NCBI GenBank assembly: GCA_963735805.1
Contig: CAVTMK010000004.1
Span: 704,001 to 768,000 of the forward strand
Direction: 5' to 3'
Origin: an uncultured Verrucomicrobiae bacterium
GTDB lineage: Bacteria; Verrucomicrobiota; Verrucomicrobiia; Chthoniobacterales; UBA10450
DNA length: 64,000 bases
A program made the translations under genes and the position numbers. Under the pieces are notes generated by a model. That model worked only from the letters and a program-made list of their open reading frames with translations. It was not told where the DNA came from and did no database searches. Shown one piece after another: positions 59,139 to 64,000 of the stretch (position 1 is its first letter; every line of letters starts with the position of its first letter).

Positions 59139-60191
59139 TTGACATCCATGGGAAAAAATTCGCAATTTCCAGCCGCCCTCGGATATCGCATGCCCGCGGA
59201 ATGGGAATCGCACGTCGCAACGTGGCTTTCATGGCCGCGGCGCGAGGGGATCAGCTTTCCGGACTCCTTCGATCGCGTGATGCCGACGTTGCGGGAAATG
59301 GTTAAGGCGCTGATCGAATCCGAACAGGTTTGCATTAATGTTTGCAATGCCGCTCATGAAGCTGCGGCACGCGAGGTCCTCCGCGGATTACGCTTCGAAC
59401 GAATCTCTTTTTACAAGGTGCCCACAAACGAGCCATGGTGCCGAGATCACGGCCCAATCTTTCTGACTCGCACCAGCAAGCCAAAGCTTGCGGTGGTGGA
59501 TTGGGATTACAACGCGTGGGGAAACAAGTATCCGCCGTTCGATCTCGATGAAGTCGTGCCAACGCGCGTCGCGGAAATACTCGATGTTCCGGTGTTTTGT
59601 CCGGGAATGATTTTGGAAGGCGGCTCCATCGATGTGAATGGCTCTGGCGCGTTGCTTACCAGTGAATCATGTTTGTTAAACAAGAATCGAAATCCGGGTC
59701 TTTCGCGTGAACAGATCGAGCAACGCTTGCGGGATTATCTGGGCGTTCGCGAGATTCTCTGGCTCGGCGACGGAATCGCCGGCGACGATACGGATGGTCA
59801 CATTGACGATCTCGCGCGTTTTGTTTCCGACCGCAGGGTTGTTACCGTTGTCGAACACGATCGCCGCGACGAAAATTACGAGCCACTCCAGAAAAATCTC
59901 GACCGTCTGCAGCGAATGAAAATTGGCAGTCGCCCGATTGAGGTTATTACGCTCCCAATGCCGAAGAAGATCATGCGCGAAGGCCTTCGGCTACCGGCGA
60001 GCTATGCGAACTTCTACATCGCGAATACCTGTGTGCTTTTCCCGACGTTCGCCGATTCCACCGATGAAACCGCACTTTCGGTTCTGCGCGAATGCTTTCC
60101 AGACCGGCGCGTGATCGGGATCGATTGCCGAGAACTGGTTTGGGGCCTGGGCGCATTTCATTGCCTCACGCAACAGCAACCGGCGGTATGA
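59139..60191 (+). CDS. Agmatine deiminase / PAD family protein
   Basis: RMPAEWE, WCRDHGP, LEGGSIDVNG, DTDGHIDD, ASYANFY, GAFHCLTQQQP. Confidence 0.9.
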   Translation: MTSMGKNSQFPAALGYRMPAEWESHVATWLSWPRREGISFPDSFDRVMPTLREMVKALIESEQVCINVCNAAHEAAAREVLRGLRFERISFYKVPTNEPWCRDHGPIFLTRTSKPKLAVVDWDYNAWGNKYPPFDLDEVVPTRVAEILDVPVFCPGMILEGGSIDVNGSGALLTSESCLLNKNRNPGLSREQIEQRLRDYLGVREILWLGDGIAGDDTDGHIDDLARFVSDRRVVTVVEHDRRDENYEPLQKNLDRLQRMKIGSRPIEVITLPMPKKIMREGLRLPASYANFYIANTCVLFPTFADSTDETALSVLRECFPDRRVIGIDCRELVWGLGAFHCLTQQQPAV

Positions 60192-60254
60192 TTCCTGTAA
60201 TGTCGCTCTATGAGCGACGAAACGATTCGTGCGCCACAAACCGCCCGCACAAGT

Positions 60255-60545
60255 TCAATCGGCTGTCTGCCCCGGTTTGTACCCGCTCTTTAGAATTGCG
60301 TCGTGAAGATCGGGCGCGTGCGTTTTGCGCGCGTCAAACGTGACGATGACGCGCTCATGCTTCAGGTCCACTTTTACATCGTTGACACCGGCAATTTTCT
60401 TCAGCACCGGTCTGAGCTTACGCACGCATTCGTCGCAATCTTCGCCTTCAGTGGCGATCTCAATCGTTTCCAGGACCGCGTGGTCAGCCCGTTCAGGATT
60501 GAACGGATCGGCCGGATCAGGCTTGTTTGGTCGTGCAGGGTCCAT
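60255..60545 (-). CDS. Heavy-metal-associated (HMA) domain protein
   Basis: GEDCDECV CxxC, IAGVNDVKVDL, AILKSGY. Confidence 0.8.
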   Translation of the reverse strand: MDPARPNKPDPADPFNPERADHAVLETIEIATEGEDCDECVRKLRPVLKKIAGVNDVKVDLKHERVIVTFDARKTHAPDLHDAILKSGYKPGQTAD

Positions 60546-60605
60546 CGTACTTTGGTTTTCCTTTAACTACGTGCCCCACCCACGTCGCGGTCGTCTTGGG
60601 CATTC

Positions 60606-60713
60606 TGTCGTCCTGAACGATTGAAGGATCTCGCAGAGCATAACGGGGGTTTCGTTGCAATTAATGTGATCCGGACTTTGTTGGCGAAGTCCCTAACCCC
60701 CCGCGGGATGACA
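60606..60713. repeat. Degenerate palindromic repeat overlapping the 3' end of the arylesterase gene
   Basis: tgtcgtcc...gggatgaca ends; same family as 11728-11823. Confidence 0.5.
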
Positions 60714-61353
60714 ATATGGACACCTCGCGCACTACTGGTTGAAGCGCCTCCCAAACCGTTTCGGCAAGAATCTTTTGGCCGGCGACATTCGGATGAATTC
60801 CATCGGACAAATTCATTGATGGATCGCCTGCTACGCCCTGCAGTAGATACGGCACCAGCGCCGCTCCGTTTTTCGAGGCTAGATCAGCGAACATCCTGCC
60901 GAACGAAGACACGTAATCGTCGACCGCGTAATTGGGTAGCTTCATTCCCGCGATCAAGACACGCACCTTTGGGTTTCGGGCTTTCACTTTATCGATGATC
61001 CGCTGAAGATTGTTTTGAATTTGATCTACGGGCACTCCTCGAAAGGCGTCGTTGATTCCGAGCTCGAGAATGAAGATGTCGATCCTGTGTTTCAGATGAG
61101 TCGGGAGACGCTCCAAGCCGCCTTCCGTGGTGCCGCCGGCCGCGCTGGCGTTGGTTACCTGAAAATTCAAGCCCGCCGCGCGTAACTTCTTTGTGAGCAG
61201 CATCGGGTAGGCGTCGCTCGGCGCAAGGCCGAAACCCTGAGAAAGACTATCACCAAGGACCAGGATCGTTTTCGCCGGGCCGGCATAGACGGTCTCACCA
61301 GATAAGATCAACCAGGCAACGCAAAACAGTGTGACGAAGATTCTCACGGGCAA
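60661..61353 (-). CDS. SGNH/GDSL arylesterase (TesA-like)
   Basis: LGDSLSQG, NAS..GGTT, LELGIND, DGIHPN. Confidence 0.9.
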   Translation of the reverse strand: MPVRIFVTLFCVAWLILSGETVYAGPAKTILVLGDSLSQGFGLAPSDAYPMLLTKKLRAAGLNFQVTNASAAGGTTEGGLERLPTHLKHRIDIFILELGINDAFRGVPVDQIQNNLQRIIDKVKARNPKVRVLIAGMKLPNYAVDDYVSSFGRMFADLASKNGAALVPYLLQGVAGDPSMNLSDGIHPNVAGQKILAETVWEALQPVVREVSILSSRGGLGTSPTKSGSH

Positions 61354-61451
61354 ACGCTGAATGCTTAACCTCCAGCTCTCAACTCGGAAAGGTTTTCGCA
61401 GTTGGACGTTGCAGTTTTTCCGCGTAACGGTTTAACTCTTCAACCTTCCCT

Positions 61452-62450
61452 ATGGCCAACTACGCAATCAACGGTTTCGGGCGCATCGGACGCAACGTCC
61501 TTCGCGCGATGACGCAAAAACAAGTTCAGCAAGTCCTTGCCATCAATGATCTCACAGACACGCACACCCTTGCTCATTTGCTCAAATGGGATTCGGTGCA
61601 CGGCAAATTCGACGGCGAAATCGGTTACGACGATGAGAATATCATCGTACGCGGGCACAAAATTAGAATCCTGAAGGATCGCGACCCGGCGAACCTGCCT
61701 TGGAAAAAACTGGACATTGATGTTGTGCTCGAGTCGACCGGGTTCTTTACCAGCCGCGACAAAGCCGAACTGCATTTAAAAGCAGGCGCCAAACGAGTGC
61801 TGATCAGCGCACCAGCGAAAAACCCCGACGCCACGATTTGTATGGGTGTGAACGACGACGTCTTCGATCCTGCGAAGGACAAGATTGTTTCCAACGCGAG
61901 TTGCACCACGAATTGTCTCGCGCCGATGGCGAAGGTTTTGCATGACAAATTCGGAATCGCGCATGGGTTCATGAGCACGATCCATAGTTACACGAATGAC
62001 CAGCGCATCCTCGATTTTCCGCATCAGGATTTGAGACGCGCGCGAGCGGCGGCGATCAACATCATCCCTTCTACCACTGGCGCAGCCAAGGCAATCGGCG
62101 AAGTCATTCCGGAATTGAAAGGGAAACTAAACGGCGGCGCGTTCCGCGTGCCGACGCCGGACAGCTCAGTCACAGATTTTACTGTCGTGCTGGAGAAGGA
62201 CGCGACTGTGGACGCGATCAATTCTGCGTTCAAAGAAGCTGCGTCAGACAAGAGCTACAAAGGCGTGCTCGAATACAGCGATGAGGCGCTTGTTTCCCAG
62301 GACATCGTGGGCAACCCACACTCCTGCATTTTTGACAGCCAATTGACGCTGACGCTTGGCAATCGGTTCGTGAAAGTCGTGGGCTGGTATGACAACGAGT
62401 GGGGCTACAGTAACCGTTGCGTGGAATTGATGGAACTGTTGGCCGAATAG
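61452..62450 (+). CDS. gap: Glyceraldehyde-3-phosphate dehydrogenase type I
   Basis: INGFGRIGR, SNASCTTNCLAP, HSYTNDQ, TTGAAKA, WYDNEWGYS. Confidence 0.98.
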   Translation: MANYAINGFGRIGRNVLRAMTQKQVQQVLAINDLTDTHTLAHLLKWDSVHGKFDGEIGYDDENIIVRGHKIRILKDRDPANLPWKKLDIDVVLESTGFFTSRDKAELHLKAGAKRVLISAPAKNPDATICMGVNDDVFDPAKDKIVSNASCTTNCLAPMAKVLHDKFGIAHGFMSTIHSYTNDQRILDFPHQDLRRARAAAINIIPSTTGAAKAIGEVIPELKGKLNGGAFRVPTPDSSVTDFTVVLEKDATVDAINSAFKEAASDKSYKGVLEYSDEALVSQDIVGNPHSCIFDSQLTLTLGNRFVKVVGWYDNEWGYSNRCVELMELLAE

Positions 62451-62493
62451 CGCCGTAATCGTGCTCCTGCACGTAATCATTTCTGATTGAGAC

Positions 62494-63705
62494 ATGCCGA
62501 AGCTTTCACTTCGTGATCTTGATGTGCGCGGAAAGCGTGTGCTGGTGCGTGTGGACTTCAACGTGCCGATGGAAACGCGTGCCGGCAAGATTCGTATCAC
62601 TGATGATACGCGGATTCGTGAAAGTCTGGCCACGATCAACTATCTGCGAGAGCACGGCGCCAAAACGATTTTGATGTCACATTTTGGCCGGCCCAAAGGC
62701 AAGCCGACTGAAAAATATTCGCTTCGTCCGATCGGCGATTATTTGCATACGCTGATTCATCAACCAGTCATTTTCAGTCACGACACAGTGGGAGAGGTGC
62801 CGGAGAAAATCGTCGAACATATGCAGAACGGTGATGTCGCGCTTTTAGAGAATGTAAGATTTCAGCCCGGCGAAGAAGCGAACGATCCGGACTTTGCCAA
62901 AGCGCTTGCCAGCCTCGGCGATCTTTACGTCAATGATGCTTTTGGCGCCGCTCATCGCGCGCACGCGTCCACGGTGGGAATCACAAAATTTGTGAGCAAA
63001 TCGGCCATGGGTTTCCTGATGGAAAAGGAATTGAAACACTTGCGTGACGGTCTTGAGAATCCGGCGAAGCCGTTCCTGGTTGTTTTAGGCGGCTCGAAGG
63101 TCTCCGACAAAATTGGGGTTTTGAAGGCGTTAATGGAAAAGGCCGACGTGATTTTGATTGGCGGCGCAATGGCGAACACTTTTCTAAAGGCCGAGGGAGT
63201 TCCGATGGGTGCAAGCAAAGTAGAATCGGATAAGCTCGACCTTGCACGCGAACTTCTCGAGTTGGCGAAGAAACGCGGCGTGAAATTTCTGCTTCCGATT
63301 GACGCGGTGGAAACGGACGAAATCCGCCCCGGCGCAAACATGCGAAACACAAGCCGGCTCTCGCCCGAGCATGGGATAAGCGACGGGTGGCAGGCAGTCG
63401 ATATCGGTGCGGCGACAATTGCACTTTATCAGGAGGAAATTGCGAAGGCTGAGACGATTCTGTGGAATGGGCCGCTCGGTATCTTCGAGATTCCAGAGTT
63501 TGGCGAGGGGACGATTGCGGTCGCGGAAGCGCTCGCGCAATCGGGCGCGACCACGATCATCGGCGGCGGCGATTCGGTGACTGCGGTGAAACAGGCTGGG
63601 CTTGCCGGGAAAATGACATTTATCTCGACGGGGGGCGGGGCGTCGCTTGAATTACTGGAGGGCAAGGAGTTGCCCGGCGTGGCCGCGTTAAGCGACAGGG
63701 AATAA
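62494..63705 (+). CDS. pgk: Phosphoglycerate kinase
   Basis: RVDFNVP, SHFGRPKG, NDAFGAAHRAHAS, GGSKVSDK, WNGP, GGGDS, STGGGASLE. Confidence 0.98.
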   Translation: MPKLSLRDLDVRGKRVLVRVDFNVPMETRAGKIRITDDTRIRESLATINYLREHGAKTILMSHFGRPKGKPTEKYSLRPIGDYLHTLIHQPVIFSHDTVGEVPEKIVEHMQNGDVALLENVRFQPGEEANDPDFAKALASLGDLYVNDAFGAAHRAHASTVGITKFVSKSAMGFLMEKELKHLRDGLENPAKPFLVVLGGSKVSDKIGVLKALMEKADVILIGGAMANTFLKAEGVPMGASKVESDKLDLARELLELAKKRGVKFLLPIDAVETDEIRPGANMRNTSRLSPEHGISDGWQAVDIGAATIALYQEEIAKAETILWNGPLGIFEIPEFGEGTIAVAEALAQSGATTIIGGGDSVTAVKQAGLAGKMTFISTGGGASLELLEGKELPGVAALSDRE

Positions 63706-63708
63706 GCT

Positions 63709-64000
63709 GTGCCAGTTCGCGAGGTCGTTTCGAAGGTTCACTTTGAACCTCCAGCGTCTTGCGAACCAACCGGCCGGAAGGCCCCCATCCACGCCCTGGC
63801 TAATTCGGCCATTGCGGTAACCACATTCCTTATCACTTGCGTCGGTTTGCACGCGGTGCTGCCGTTTCCGGAAATCGACGGTGGGGTCTCGGAGAAATTC
63901 CGATTTTTTTCCGCGCACAAGGACGAATTTGACACGCTGTTTATTGGATCGAGCCGGATCTACTTTCAGATATCGCCCGCTATTTTTGATCGGGTCACGC
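63709..64000 (+). CDS. Partial membrane-anchored protein, SGNH-like (runs off the right edge)
   Basis: Open frame from GTG 63709: TM segment, then FDTLFIGSSR block-I-like motif. Confidence 0.5.
   Translation, partial: MPVREVVSKVHFEPPASCEPTGRKAPIHALANSAIAVTTFLITCVGLHAVLPFPEIDGGVSEKFRFFSAHKDEFDTLFIGSSRIYFQISPAIFDRVT

Overview
A 64-kb bacterial chromosomal segment, largely housekeeping. The gene content (long-form IspG, Pro/Thr-tailed secreted proteins, tandem signal-peptide 'tail-fibre/peptidase S74' paralogues, many short palindromic and heptamer repeats) suggests a soil Verrucomicrobiota (Chthoniobacterales, Ca. Udaeobacter-like) genome; this is an inference. Core genes: nuoA, xerD, rhodanese, malQ, a UvrD/PcrA helicase, TPR-alpha2-macroglobulin-pbpC, cdsA-dxr-rseP-ispG, tdh, kbl, sufS-sufU, lysA, agmatine deiminase, gap-pgk. 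No rRNA, tRNA, CRISPR array or transposase was recognised. Most notable: (1) a metal-uptake locus (TonB receptor, His-motif outer-membrane barrel, ABC binding protein and permease without ATPase, CDF, ZIP) in which each outer-membrane gene is preceded by a paralogous ~107-aa membrane-anchored His/Cys leader ORF ending in FEHAPP+3 residues at invariant spacing, a candidate metal-sensing ribosome-arrest system; (2) three tandem S74-family secreted fibre genes, each with a conserved ~180-nt promoter plus structured leader; (3) a ~271-bp MITE that splits a TAATG-coupled CDF/ZIP junction; (4) a translationally coupled MotA/ExbB-like three-gene module; (5) a frameshifted alpha-2-macroglobulin, an internally deleted bioB, and palindromic repeats inserted in frame in proteins. 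All calls come from reading motifs by eye; no database searches were run.
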